Shown one piece after another: positions 25,087-37,674 of a stretch of 45,104 nucleotides of DNA. This DNA is from Halocafeteria seosinensis. Lineage: Eukaryota. The notes under the pieces were generated by a model that saw only the letters and a program-made list of their open reading frames with translations, did no database searches and had not been told where the DNA came from. The stretch lies in the NCBI GenBank assembly GCA_001687465.1, contig LVLI01000145.1, positions 1 to 45,104 on the forward strand, in the 5' to 3' direction. Each line of letters begins with the position of its first letter. The first letter of the stretch is position 1. Made by a program: the position numbers and the translations under genes.

Positions 25087-26398
25087 CTAGTTGTTTCCGT
25101 ACCCTGAAAGCTTCGCCAGTTTAACTCGAGTCTGAAGACGAACCGATGACAACAAATGTCGGGTTCTCATGTCCATATCATCCTTTACAGGGACAGTCCT
25201 CCCAGAAGGAAAAACTGTTCGAAATCTTGGCAGAGACGCTGCATTTGGCATGTCCCGACAAGGCTCCGATCGCATTTGAACTAAATTGGGCTCTGAGTAC
25301 GGTTCTCTAGTCTCCGTTTTCAAGTTTGACCCCGTATTCGTCGCTCGTGTCTTTCTACGAGGAGGTTTAGAGGCTGTCACGTGCTTGTCAAACGTTGAAA
25401 AAGCAGAAGGAAGGCTGGTGTTAAAGTTATGTGATATCCAGCGGTTTGAATCCCGATGTTTCCGCGGCGTAGCGGCGTCAAATAGAGGGGGGTCCTCGTA
25501 AGGTTCTGAGGACAAGAGTGAAGATTTTTTGACACCGTTGGAATCAACAACCTGCAAAAATTATGGAATCCAATTTATTTAGTGTGGAAACGACACCGAC
25601 CAAAGTAGTAAACTTGCCTTGTAGTAGAATTCGTTGCGCTGAGTTTCATCCTTCTTTAGTTGCCCACCGCCTCCAAAAGACTTCTTCGGGACTAACTGGT
25701 TGGAATGATGCATACGGGGAGAGCCTATTTCTAGCTCCTCGTTTCGGTCCCTAAAACTGCAGCAACACGCTGAAGAGGACTTTCGTTTCTCCAAACATCG
25801 GCAGCTGCCTTCTTACCAGTGGGAGTGCGGATGATGCTCAGCCCATCCCGGATACGTCGTATTTGTAGCCTTTTCTCGGATACGTTCCCGAGGAATCATA
25901 GCTGTCCGAAGAAGGCCACCATGATGCCGTCTTCGTTCTCGTAGTTTCTTTATCTTAGCGTAGATTCTTCGATCTATTGATTCCGCAGATAATTCTCCTG
26001 TACTTAGTGCACGGGATACCAACGCCATACAAATCTTTTCCTCGTTTCGGTAGTCTTTCCACGTTTGTCGGGCACGCTGCTCTGCTCCTCCTGAACCAGC
26101 ATAAGCAGGTCTCTCATAGAGGTAGGGGCTTCCATATCGCACCGACTCTCCGTCTTCGCTTTCAGGGGAGTTAACACTGGGAGCAAGCGAAGGTAATATA
26201 AACAAAAATATGCGAATAAGAGCTCCTCTCGCTTATATTATGGTAACCATCGTACCCTGTGTATCGGTGGGATCGCCCCGTTGCTTGACGCTGTCGATCT
26301 CTTCCCCCTTTTGCACGTCCTGTTTTGATTGAGTCTAGGCTATCCTCCCATTGTATTGACGGGCCCTTCGCGAGAATCGGAGGCGTTGAAGCGCTCAT
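25087..26398 (-). CDS. Hypothetical multi-exon protein
   Basis: Successive minus-strand ORFs (26171..26398, 25813..26205, 25087..25557) separated by intron-sized gaps with donor/acceptor signals. No family recognised; exon boundaries are approximate. Confidence 0.5.
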
Positions 26399-26604
26399 AT
26401 TTCAACTTCGTAGTCTAATCCAATACCATAGCGGTCCTGGCTTCTTGCGGCAGTAAAATGTGGCGCGTGACCTACTGCAGTATGGAGTCTGTATGAATCA
26501 TCCGTTGGTCGGTCGATGACTTCTCCGAGCAACGGTACTGTTCGTCAACATAACTGTGTATTACATCCATACGAAGTAATCAATGTAGAGGTCTTAGCAT
26601 TTGT

Positions 26605-27204
26605 GGTCAGTTTACATCCCCAACGTCTCCTTGAAGTGTCCCATGAGACTTGTCGATCGGAGTAGCTTGAGCAAGGCGTTTCACTTCGTAAAACTTGATT
26701 ATAGAATGAATACCAATGACAGGAGACCGAGGTTTCTGGCTCTAAGGAAAAGCTCGAACGGCAGTACCACAAGAAGTTACAGGTTGTAAATTGTTCTTCT
26801 GATTACAGGTACAACTTACTTCACTCATACCTGCTTACCTTTACCGCCAAGTTCGGAACGCAATTTTGGAATGGGATAAAATAGAAGGAGGGAGTAATCA
26901 AATAGAACGCACTGATATGGACGTGTTCTCATCCCGGAAAGCTCTCCACTATCAGCACAGCCTGCCGCGGGAGACACGAACCTTACATGTGTAACGTGCA
27001 CAAAGACATGAATGAACAGCAGGTATTTAGCTCTGCTGGAAGGGCAGTGCAGAGTTGGTAACCCCAAGAAGGTGTGCCATCGAAGATCAACGGATAGACT
27101 GGTACGAATTCCGGCACTTCTAGATCCGAAATCAATGCATTGGGTGTTTGTGGCCAGAGTTCCTGACAAGTGCGGAAAACAGCGACCTCGGGCTTGGCGC
27201 CCAT
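26605..27204 (-). CDS. Possible small multi-exon gene, unresolved
   Basis: ATG at 27204 is head-to-head with the ATP synthase b ATG. Several minus-strand donors (GTAAGG, GTAAGC) and acceptors are present, but I could not build a unique model. Confidence 0.25.
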
Positions 27205-27323
27205 GGCGTAGCAGTAGTTGATTGCTATATACTGTGTTTATATCGGCATGGGTGCTTGCCTCTAGGATATTTATATTTCGAGGTACTTGATAGTTGATTT
27301 GGGACTGTCTAAGGTAGCCAAAA

Positions 27324-29119
27324 ATGATGCAAACGCTCCGTGTATCACGCCCTTTACTGCGTTCATTCAGGAGCGTCAACTGGAGTCCTGTGTCCAGCTT
27401 CCATTGTGGTAAGTCCTATATCCATTATTGCATTCATTATTGTATCCATGAAGGAAAGAAATTCCGTGAAAAATGAGGTATTTTCCATCGAATGGAAGAT
27501 ATCGTTTCGAGGAGCTGGAGGGGTGCTCGAGGAAACTACAAAAAGGGTGGTGGGACCGGCGAAGGGGGGGCGCTAGGGGCATGCGAAAGACAAGATGCCC
27601 CCTCCTCGCAGAGCTGTTCTGAGAGCATTTAGAGGAAGGATACCGTCCATTACGTAGCTTTTCTACCACTCCAAAGGAGAAAGAACGCTAATAAAGACAG
27701 AACCTCGTTGATGGGCAACGTACTGGCATTGCTGTGCCGTAATTGGCTTGAATAGGGAAGCGATTTGAGATAATCTTCGTTAGAGTATCTAATCAAATTA
27801 GCTTTCTATTCGGATGCAGCTGCCCCTACCTTCGCTGAGAACGATAAGGAGCAAAATGACAGCAATGGTGGAGTGGATATTGACCGCTCAAACCCGTTAT
27901 ATGCGCCTTCTTGGAGGAGAGAGTGGAAACATTACGGCTACACAAATATTGCTCAGCCCAAGGAGGGAGAAGACTATTGGAAAGAGTGGGAAGATTTACC
28001 AGCACCCTATAAATATTACCATGTGAAAGTGGATCCAAAGGACGTTGAGAACGAAGGGCTTCTTTGGAAGGTATGCTTCCATAAGGATTTTGTTTTACTA
28101 TGGGATTGGTTAACACTTTTCGATTGGACACGCAGTTGGCAACTAACTGGAAGACCGCAATTCCCCTCTCTCTAGGGTTCGCTATTCCACTTTTCGCTTA
28201 TGACGTATGTGCTTAGTGTTTGGTGGAATATTGATGTAGCAGTTCTTTGAGTGTTCACCAATTTTGGTCGTGTTGCAGATTATTGTATTCGACTCACATA
28301 TGGAACTGGCTGCAATTTTCTGGTCCTCGGTTGCCATGGTCCAAATGAACTTTGGTTCCACGATTCGTCAATCGATTCAAGAAGAGAACGATGAAATTAA
28401 ACAGTAGGTATTTTGTTCAGGCAGAGTTGGTGCGACTCCATGCCACTATCACCACCTATATCGCTGCTTGATACAGGGAACTCCTCGACGCCGAAAAAGA
28501 GTATTTTGAGTCGCTGGAGGAGAGCATCGACGTCCACCAGAAGGCAGTGGACCTTCCCAAATATGTGAAGATGATTAACGAAGGGGAGCGCGCATTACGT
28601 CATATGGAAGCTGACGCCGCAACTCGTCGGGTGAAGATACAGGAAGTTAACCGCATGATACAGATGTTGGATTATCTAGTAATGACTAGCAAATCTGACG
28701 AAGCTGATACAGGGGATGACATGGTTGTCACCGCCCAAGCTAACACGGAGAAGAAGTTATTAGAGGATAAGCAGAAACAGCAACAATCGATCACTGACGC
28801 AATCAACGCCTTGAAATCTACCGGTGTACCTCAGCCCGGTAACGCAACTGAGCAATTGTTCAAGGAAGGAATGAAACAATACCGCGAAAACCCACCGAAA
28901 CCTGACCCAGCGCAACAGAAGGCTGAGAAGGAAAGAGAACGTGAGATTTTCAACAAACGCTTCGGCTTTGTCCAGGACACAGTGACCGAAACTATGCTGG
29001 AGAACGCCAAGGCAGATCAGGCTAAGTGGGCCGTGCTGAAGGCTAGAGTAGGAGGCGCGACCCCTGAAGTAGGCATGAAGATCCAAGCTCCGAACCCTAT
29101 CAACTTTGAAAAGAAGTAG
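27324..29119 (+). CDS. ATP4: Mitochondrial F1Fo ATP synthase subunit b (nuclear-encoded, 5 exons)
   Basis: R/S-rich, acid-free presequence MMQTLRVSRPLLRSFRSVNWSPVSSFHC. Introns at 27409-27819, 28071-28135, 28205-28278 and 28404-28476 keep frame. Two hydrophobic segments (WKTAIPLSLGFAIPLFAYDIIVFD..ELAAIFWSSVAMV) are followed by a long charged stator helix. Confidence 0.65.
27440..27741 (+). ncRNA. Candidate structured intronic ncRNA
   Basis: Intron about 5-6 times the usual size here, with several nested stems whose G-U pairs work on the + strand. Family not assigned. Confidence 0.35.
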
Positions 29120-29762
29120 ACGGCATTCGTGGTGACTGTATTACATAGCAGTAGGAAGATCTCGCAACGGCGAGCTGTTAGGTGTTTAAAGGAGACTGGC
29201 AACGTATGTTAGAAAATAGCAACAAAGCTGATCTCACTGATATTTTTACAACTGTTGTTGCACAATCACCATCCAATTGAGCTTCGACCTCCGGTGAGTT
29301 TGCAGGATTGGTTGCCAACTTCAACGAGATGACAGTTGGAGCTCCTACGCTTTGTTCAAGCATTCCTGTTGCGCTGTATTGTCATGTCTTACTTGTTTAC
29401 GGCCTGGAGCATGTTGTCAACCGACAGTACGCTGTATATGTGCAGTGAGTGCTATTGAAATGTACCCAATAAGATCAAGTAAGGGAAAGTTCAACTTGGG
29501 AGAATAAGTGGACAATGAGCTCCGTTTTTATCGTATATGTGGAGCAATTTTTCGACATGACGACTTTGAATATGCTATGCAGTTTTTGTTCGAGGAGCTC
29601 CTCGTCTTCGTCGTGTGATTACAAGAGCCCAAATAGTTGCTAAACGTGAGTTTTGAACCCTTTCGGCAGGAGAAAGCAGTGCCATTCTCAGCTGTGATGA
29701 GCGTATTCATGCGCTTTCGGGGGTATAGCATCACTATTTCCTGTGTATATTGTTTATTCAGA

Positions 29763-30468
29763 CCGATTCCGTCAGAGGGGGGCCCGCGTAGGAGCGTCCG
29801 GACTGGGCCTTACGGCTGCTTTATTCCTCTGCCAGCACCGTAAGTTCAAGTGGCTTCGTTACATGAACACATGTTTTGGTGACGTTCCTAAAACCAACGC
29901 ACGCAGCTGCCTCGTTGGAATCTTCATCTAACTCTGATACGAATAAAAATGGCGCCGCTAAGAGTCAAGAACGGCCCCAGACGACAATCGAACTTCCGTT
30001 TGACCTGAACGAAGCAGGTATGAGTTTTGTAGTTAGTATCACCAAGGGAAGCACGCCCCCTGGGATTGGTTGGCATCGCAGGTCTACAAATGGGAATAGG
30101 AAGCGTTTGTGGATTTGCAAGTGGATATGCATTGAAAAAAGTGGGAAAAGTGACAGCAGTCGTTTTTGGTTTGGGCTTCATAGGGTTTCAGATTGCTCGG
30201 CACCAAGGCCTGGTAGAGAACCCCGACTGGCAAAGAATAGAAAAAGAAATCACAAGGAGACTAGATGCCGATGGGGATGGGAAAATCACTAATGCTGTAT
30301 GTTGAGTGTTTGTTGGAATCAGTTCAAAGTGCACCATAATGTTAGTTGTTACTACCCCTGCAGGATTTGAGACACCACTATCACCAAGTTGTCGAATTTC
30401 TGGGATTCGGCCTTCCTTCAGGAGCAGCGTTTGCGGGAGGCTTCTTCCTTGGTATCAAGCTTGGTTAA
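29763..30468 (+). CDS. FUN14/FUNDC-family mitochondrial outer-membrane protein (5' exon unresolved)
   Basis: QMGIGSVCGFASGYALKKVGKVTAVVFGLGFIGFQIARHQG...DWQRIEK...LDADGDGKIT|D...LPSGAAFAGGFFLGIKLG*, joined by GT-AG introns. Confidence 0.85.
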
Positions 30469-30966
30469 GTAACGCTGATGCCAATAGAGGGAAACAAGCT
30501 AAAAGCACTATAGAATGTGCTATGTTTGTAAAGTAGTTCAGCACCGGACAACGGAATAGAATACCATCCTACTGTGCAATGTACTGCAACTGTTCCTTGG
30601 CCACGTTGATTTCGCTGAAGTGAAATGACTGAGAACCATTGTCATGTCCATTCCATTGTGGGATCGTTTGCAAACTTTCCATCCAGTCCAGCTGCTGCCA
30701 ACACCTGGAGACGCAAGCCGTGGATACCTATCGTTCAGTCTCAGAATCGAACAATCTTTTCTCAGTCTTTGTTTTGAATGAGGAAAATGCGTGATGGAGG
30801 CTCATACAGCGTTAATTACTCGTTTCCATATCCGTATTTGATTGGTATAGGTAGTCATTACATTAATCTTGCTGGGAATCATCCTTGTTTCCTTTTAAAT
30901 GGCCGTATGGGCGGTGTATAGGAGACAAAACTAGAGGTACTTCAAACAGAGGAGAGCCAAACTATC

Positions 30967-33900
30967 ATGTCTCTGTTTCAAGCCCGCGAGTGGTGGGGTA
31001 CGACACAGCAGGACGCTGCAAAGACGTCCCCAGATGAGCAGGATGCCGTCGAGACATTCTCATCCGGCGCGATGATCTTGTCGAATATCGACAATGACCC
31101 TTCCGACAGAGGTATGATCTTAACGCATTTTGGCTTATTCGGCTCTGTACAGTGGTTGTTTTACGGTCAAATTCCGCGGATATGGCGTGTATGTACGTGG
31201 TTATACAGTTAAAATTGTCACTGGGAGCCACAAGGGCATACTTCGTGTATTCGCGCCGCGGCAACGAGAATTCCAGGTGGACGACTTGTTGCTGGAAACG
31301 TCATTGGAAGACTCCCAAGGAAATCCGGACCCCATTCTACAACTAGCTTCCGGACGATTTCTTAGGTACGGTTTTCGGGTTTCTTGCCAATCATTCTTCA
31401 TTTGGACCAGTTACGAAGTTCTATGTTTTTCCGCAGCAACGGTGACGGAAATGCATTAGCCGTCTTGCAACCCAAAAGCCTCCGTGTGTATGAATTGAGA
31501 GGACAAGGAGGTGGTGATGCAAGCGCACCGAGCTTCCTGCATTTAACCTTGGCATATAAACACACGTTTAAAGGAGGACAACTTCAACATTTCTCGCCCT
31601 ACAACATGTGCTTCGGGCCCTTCGCCGGGGGAGGTCCTTTGCGTAAGTAGAGATTGAACGCCTCTGTTAGAACGGGCATATTAAAATTTGGCGACTTAAC
31701 TTGTTGTACGCAGGCAAAGACAGCATCTGTGTTCAATCGATGGATTGCCAGATAGCTGTTTTCGAACAAGATAAGCTCGTGTTTACGAAACAGCTACCCC
31801 CAGACATTCATTTACTTCCTGGGCCGGTAGCGTATCTACCAAGCAACGATTCATTGGTGTTTTCATCAACTGACTTGTGTTTGTGCGGGTATAAGTAAGT
31901 TTGGTGACTCGGTGATATTGCTGCACATGAAGGTATTCAAACGTGTTCTTCCTTACTCTGACAGATACGAGAATCTAACAAGTGCTGCTAGTGCTACCCA
32001 CAAGACTCCAGGACAAAAGTCTACGAATAAGGAAGCAGGGGGTAATGCTCCTGAGCTGGCTTCTGATTGGTCAATTTTGCTAGGGGAAGAAATAAAAGGT
32101 CTAAACATAGGACGCTACAGTTCCCATCTTTATCCATCCCAGTTCGAGATCTTAGCAATTACCGACACTGGCTTCTTTGTCATCAATGGTGACAGAGCGA
32201 GTTCCTGGAAGAAAAACAAAGATGTTTCTGAATCATCGGGACAACACTCTCCATTGAAGATGCAGAAGCGTTTGAATTATCACCCTTGTTCCGCTTGCTC
32301 TTACGGAACAAGTGGGCCATACGCCGGTAGGCAGATCACCGATCATGATTCGGCTAGGGCTGAACGACCTCAGAATATAGTTATTGGAAACCACGCCGGT
32401 ATGATAGAAGTCTATGGATCGCATCAAGTTCTTTGGGCCGCAAGAACGCCTATTCAACCAACTGTTGTTAGTGTTGAATGTTTCGGGGACCTGCGAGGTC
32501 TAATAGCCATGATGGACAGACATGGAACACTATCAGTGTGCTATCTGGGCACTGAGCCGCCTACAGGAGCGGTAGGTGCCTTGGCTGGTTCTACGAAGCC
32601 ACTAGATTACGTAGCAATGGACGAAGAACATAGGCGGCTGCTTAAGAAAATCCGTGAGGCCCAATCAGAGAATAAGTCAACTCAGCGTAATAAACTGACA
32701 TTGCGAGCGGAAGTACCGACTCGCTGCGAATACGGCTCTACTGGTAGCTCTGCAGAACAGGGGTTCTCGTCCATGAAAATTTCAAATGCATCCAGTACAG
32801 GGGATGTGCTCCCAAGTATCTGTGTTGCACTGCAGTTAAGCTACAATGGGTCTGAACCGATAAATAACCTTTCTTTAGCCATCGAGACTCCCATTGGCAT
32901 TCGACCTGAGCAATCCACGTACTTAGTGGAAAGACTTGCCGCTGGTGGAACAAGGACAGTGGATATCGTTTTCCAAGCCCTTCGCCAGGGGATTCCGCAG
33001 TCTCTGAAAGTAGATGTTACGGCATCCTACCAGACCCAGCAAGGGGAACCACGCATATCCCAATGTATGCTGGAACTACCATTTGCAATGGCGTGCCGAA
33101 TTGTGCGTCCCATAAAGAACCCAGTGTACAAACTGACGATCAACACGAATCAACCGCCGCCCCCTGCTCTATCTTCGTTTTTCCAGGACATGCTTGGTCA
33201 ACGATGTCTTTCGGATGACGAACGGACAGCGATCGAACAGGCTGGAGTTCATGTAGTCTCTCTCCGATACTACTCTGGTGCCGATGTTTCTATCCTCGTA
33301 TCTAAGAATGCGGGTAGATACCGAATCCAAGGAGGCATGCTAGAAGCTCTGTGGCTAGCGGCGACACAATTAGTTACTCGTTTGGAGAGATATTTTAGTT
33401 CCGCTGGAGTTAGTAGTGGAAGTACCTTAGAAATTTCTTATGATGAACCACTGCCACTTGCTGATTTTTTTCGGTACATCGACTCGCACTTCTCTGCCAG
33501 GACCCAACTAGCCTCCCTCCGTTCTCAATTAAACGACAGGGCGGCACAATTCCGATCTGTACAGAAGCGGCTCCTAGTGAGATTTCGGGATAGGAATCCG
33601 GCCCCATTGTCGTCGTTAGACAAAATGTTAAGCTCTACACACGAGGAGCTTGTTCAACTAGCAGACAAAGCAGAAGAGTGTTACTCTTCTATAGCATCTT
33701 CTCGTAATGGTCTGCAATGCGTGATTCGCCTTGTAGCGCTGTTAATTAAGTTGAAATATCGGATGCCAGAAGACGATTACAATGTGCTCAGTGATCATCT
33801 AATGCCCCAGGTAGAAGACAACAATGAGCAAGGTTGGGAAGAACGGTGTGATGCAGCCCTATCATACTTCTTACGAAACTACTTAGGCGTACCTCAACAA

Positions 33901-34020
33901 GCTCGTGCTTCGAATCGAGTCGAGTTGCCCGCCGATACTTCAGAGTTGAAAAACCGTATTGCCATTCTATGCGATAAACTGGACCGGCTAGGAGGTAAAT
34001 TCGAGTCGCAAACAAGCTAG
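30967..34020 (+). CDS. BBS9: BBSome subunit BBS9 (PTHB1)
   Basis: N-terminus MSLFQAREWW, KIVTGSHKGILRVFAP, DLLLE...PILQLASGRF, KDSICVQSMD, LLPGPVAY, CYLGTEP, ILVSKNAGRYRIQ, QFRSVQKRLLVRFRDRNPAPL, QGWEE. Four short introns in the 5' part. Confidence 0.95.
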
Positions 34021-34080
34021 CTTACTCACTGCGGAAGGGCAGCACAAAAAGCCAATTTACTCAGCCAAGAGAGCATAGCG

Positions 34081-37000
34081 CTAGCGACGCCGCCGACTAA
34101 GATAGGAGTGAGCAGCGGTAGCACTAGCTGCGGCTGCTGCTCCTGGCGCCGTCGCCATGTAACTCTGTGGGTCTACCCCGGCTTTCTTGGTCTGTTTCTT
34201 GGTTGCTTTTGAGATCTCAGTTTGGATATCTGTCACCGTTTGCGATCCGACTCTTATGAAGTAGGTCTGGTATTTGCTGTTAATTTTAAAGGGCGTCCCT
34301 ACTTCAACAGAATCTTCTTTGATAGCATGTTTTTGGGTATTCACCGTTTCGGCATCATATCTGCGTATCGTTCTCATTCGCAGCACTTGACAAAAATGCA
34401 ATGTCCGAGAGCTTTATTCTATCGGGACGCTTGCTTACCGTTTCGGCATCGGTGTCCACATCATGCTATTTTGCCTCCGCGTCCAACCGGCTTCATGAGC
34501 AGGTGCAACAGAGCCTTCTTCTAAAGGAGGAGGAGTGTGGCTGTACAACTCTGAAGGCTCCGCTTTGAGAGCTGTAAAGAATGGATGAGCCTGCAGCAAA
34601 ATACACTTCGCTAGGTCGACAGTACTACGTATCCAGTACTCGTCCAAGGTCTGCGTACCATTACATCTGTCATACCATTCTTTGCGCCAAGTCTAGTACC
34701 AGGATTGGGGTCTAAAAGCGAAGAAACCAGGTCCTTAACCTGCGGGTCAATATCTTCTGGCCAAAACACTGAAGACGACGAAGCGAATGTTACGCCTGTT
34801 CCTGAACGAGCTTGTGCAGATTGCTGAGCAGTATTTTTGATAAGCTCGAACATCTCATCTTGTGACTCAGCCCAGAACGGAGGTCGACCAGTGACGCAGA
34901 AGTATACAAGACACCCCAGTGCCCACGCATCCGATGCTATCGACGGGTTTTCTCCCGATAACAATTCAGGGGACATATATGCCGCTGTTCCTTCAATGCG
35001 ATTGTCTCGCTGACTGTACGATGCGGAGCCAGCTTCTACCAGATGCTCTGATGAAGCCGCTTGTGAGTCTTCTGCGTTCGACTGGGGGTCTCCTGAGGCT
35101 GTTGGTTCGTCTTCGGGTCTGGCAGGCCTCAACCGTTTGCTATTAGCTTGTTGCATTTCAGAAAATTTTTCAAGTTGCTCTTTCGAGTACGCGGCCCTCC
35201 AATCACCATCCTTCATGTTAGAGATAATATCACTAACCTGATCAACGAGTTTCGTGGCTGCCGAAGTGATAGGACGCACGCCCCCAAAATCAGTGAGCTT
35301 CGCATGTCCGCTTTGTGTAAGCACCACATTTTCAGGTTTGCAATCGCCGAAGGCAAACCCTTGCTGGTGGACAACATGCAATGCGGCCGTAATTTCTCCG
35401 GCGAGAAACCTCGTAGACTCAAGAGCTAAGGATCCAAGCCTCGTTACATGCCCGTGTAGATCCCCTCTAGATCCGTATTCCAAAACCAAATATGCTCCGT
35501 CTTTATATCTGAACGTTGCAATCAGTCGGGCAATGCTGGGGTGCTTTGCTCGGGATAGAATAGTGACCTCCCTACGGATACTTATTTCGTATCCTAGTTG
35601 CCTTATGCGGGGAGCATCAATAATCTTGACCGCGTACTCCGGCCATTGAGAGGGGCTGAGACCCCTCTGGATTAGTTTGGCGTACGTTACTATACTAAAT
35701 GACCCTTCACCCAACGTGTTGCCGAATACTAGATCGTGAAATCGTAGTTCCGGAATGATAGTTGGGGAAATTTCCATGGAGTCGTATTTCTTCGATAAGA
35801 AGGTAGTTTTGGGGTCAGATGAGTCCGCTGCATGGGGACTAGAATCAGAGCTCCACGAAGAATCCCGGTAAGAGTCTTTATCAGCGGGCGTTATACTACT
35901 TAGGTATTGCTCATACCTTGGCTTAGCGTTTTCTCCCCACTCCTTTGTCAACACTCGATCAAACAGCTGTCCATTTAGTTCCTCGAGAGAATCCAGAACA
36001 TTTCGTGTCATTTTATTCACGGTGAAACTCCAATGAGGAGTTCCTCCTCGCAGCAAACATGGAACAGCTTCAGTTATGAGAACATTGCATAGCTTCACCT
36101 CCTTCCCTCTCACAGATATGGTGGCCGACTCATCGGCCAAAACATTTAAGAGCGTTTTATTGCTAAAAAAGAGAAGAGATCTTTCTGCAATTCGAGAAAA
36201 TTCGGTCGTCATCGTCCGCACGAGTATGGGCAACACGATATGGAAGTCCGAGGCAAATTGACGAGGAGATTTTACCCTCACTGTGTCTTCCATGATTTGC
36301 TCCACCTCGTGGAGCAGCAACACCTGTTTGGGACTGTTCGCACTCTGCTCTCCGGGCCAAGAGTCTACAAGTTGAGTAAGGAAGCGCGGGACGAGATCAG
36401 GAAATTTCCTCAAACTTCTCAAAATGCAAACGCAAAGTGGCTCATGAAGCAGCTGCAGAAGGGGCTGCATGTCGTTAATCATCACGTTACTACCATGAAG
36501 TGGGAGTAGTATAGAACTCAGAAGACCTCTAATTATATCACAGTTGGAATCATCCAGACTGATGCCTTCGATTATTTTCCCAAGCACACGTAGGGAAGCT
36601 GAAATATTCTCCGCCAAACTCTGTAGCAGGTGTTGTTTCCATGGGGCGCCCACAGGCTGGGCTGACGGAAAGTTGTGCTCAACGCTATTTTCTGCTGCCA
36701 ATAGACCCGTCGAAAGGGCGGACCTGATAGCTCTTCGCAGTTGCGGGAATTGTGCATACATCCAATGAAGTATGTTTTCCAGGAGTGCTCGTTGTTGTGG
36801 CGTATGGACCATGAAGAGTAATGTCTCCACGAATTGGAACGGCATGACGTCACCGAAAACATGTTGCGCTATGTCAGAGGAATATTCCGGATACTTCCCA
36901 ATCTGGTAGAAAATACTCAGGATCTGCTCAGCATCATCTGTTGGAGTCGTCTCTTTGGAAGATCCTTTGCTTCCTGGAGCTGACGTACCAGCAGCTCCTG

Positions 37001-37394
37001 GAACCACTGTCGTATATTGTCTGCTCTTGTCGTTGGAGACCGAGCCTTTCGAGGAACTTCCGCTAGTCTGAGCGAACGCTGAAACTGCCGCTTCGGAAAT
37101 CAATTCCAGTGCTCTAATCAACAAATCGCGGTGGGTTTGGTAGAATTCCTCGTCCCAATACGCGCTACCATCTCGTATTTCCTGTCTCTGTATTATCGAT
37201 TTCCTGAGCTCCTGTACATTGGAAGAGATGGAGGATTCCGCCTCTGTGTCTTGATTGTGCGTCTGTGCCTCTCCGTGGCCAATAACATCCTTCATTTGCC
37301 TCAAACATCGCCTATAAATTTCCAATTCCTCATTTTCTTCCGCTCCTCCTTGTCCATTGGATGCTCCGAGAACACTGCCGGAAGACGACGACAT
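34081..37394 (-). CDS. PP2A B56 (B') regulatory-subunit-like domain fused to AGC/PDK1-like Ser/Thr kinase
   Basis: B56-like: ILHWMYAQFPQLRRAIR, VLGKIIEG, ILLPLH, WP...SPKQVLLLHEVEQI, FSRIAERSLLFFSN, HWS. Kinase: LGEGSFS, YAVK, FGDCKPEN, DFG, EGTAAYMSPE, DAWALG. Two 3' introns link to ORFs 34435..34647 and 34081..34401. Start may be further upstream (e.g. 37466). Confidence 0.85.
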
Positions 37395-37674
37395 GTCGTT
37401 ATGATTGAGCTTCCAACCTGACTGACTCAACGCACGAAAATCGTCTTGACAAGCCATAGAAAGCATGAAATTGAATCGACCCATCAAACTCAAGTGTGCG
37501 AAATGATTGTCGCCTCTGGGAGAAGAAAAACTAGCAGGTTTATATATATGTATAGAATGGATTTTCAAGGTGTTTGAGGTACCTTGATGACACGAGCGTA
37601 AATCATTTTTCTCGGCTAAGACTGCATTTCTCTTGCTAGCGTACGCCGTTGTAGAGAATTAAACCCGAGACAAA

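Noticed and set aside
27610..27660. CTGAGA...ATACCG resembling a TPP riboswitch
   Set aside because: The downstream CCTGA/CTTGAT...TAAT...GCG.AGG elements are missing.
27409..27819. Telomerase RNA hypothesis for the long intron
   Set aside because: No CCCTAA-type template on either strand; the telomere repeat of this organism is unknown.
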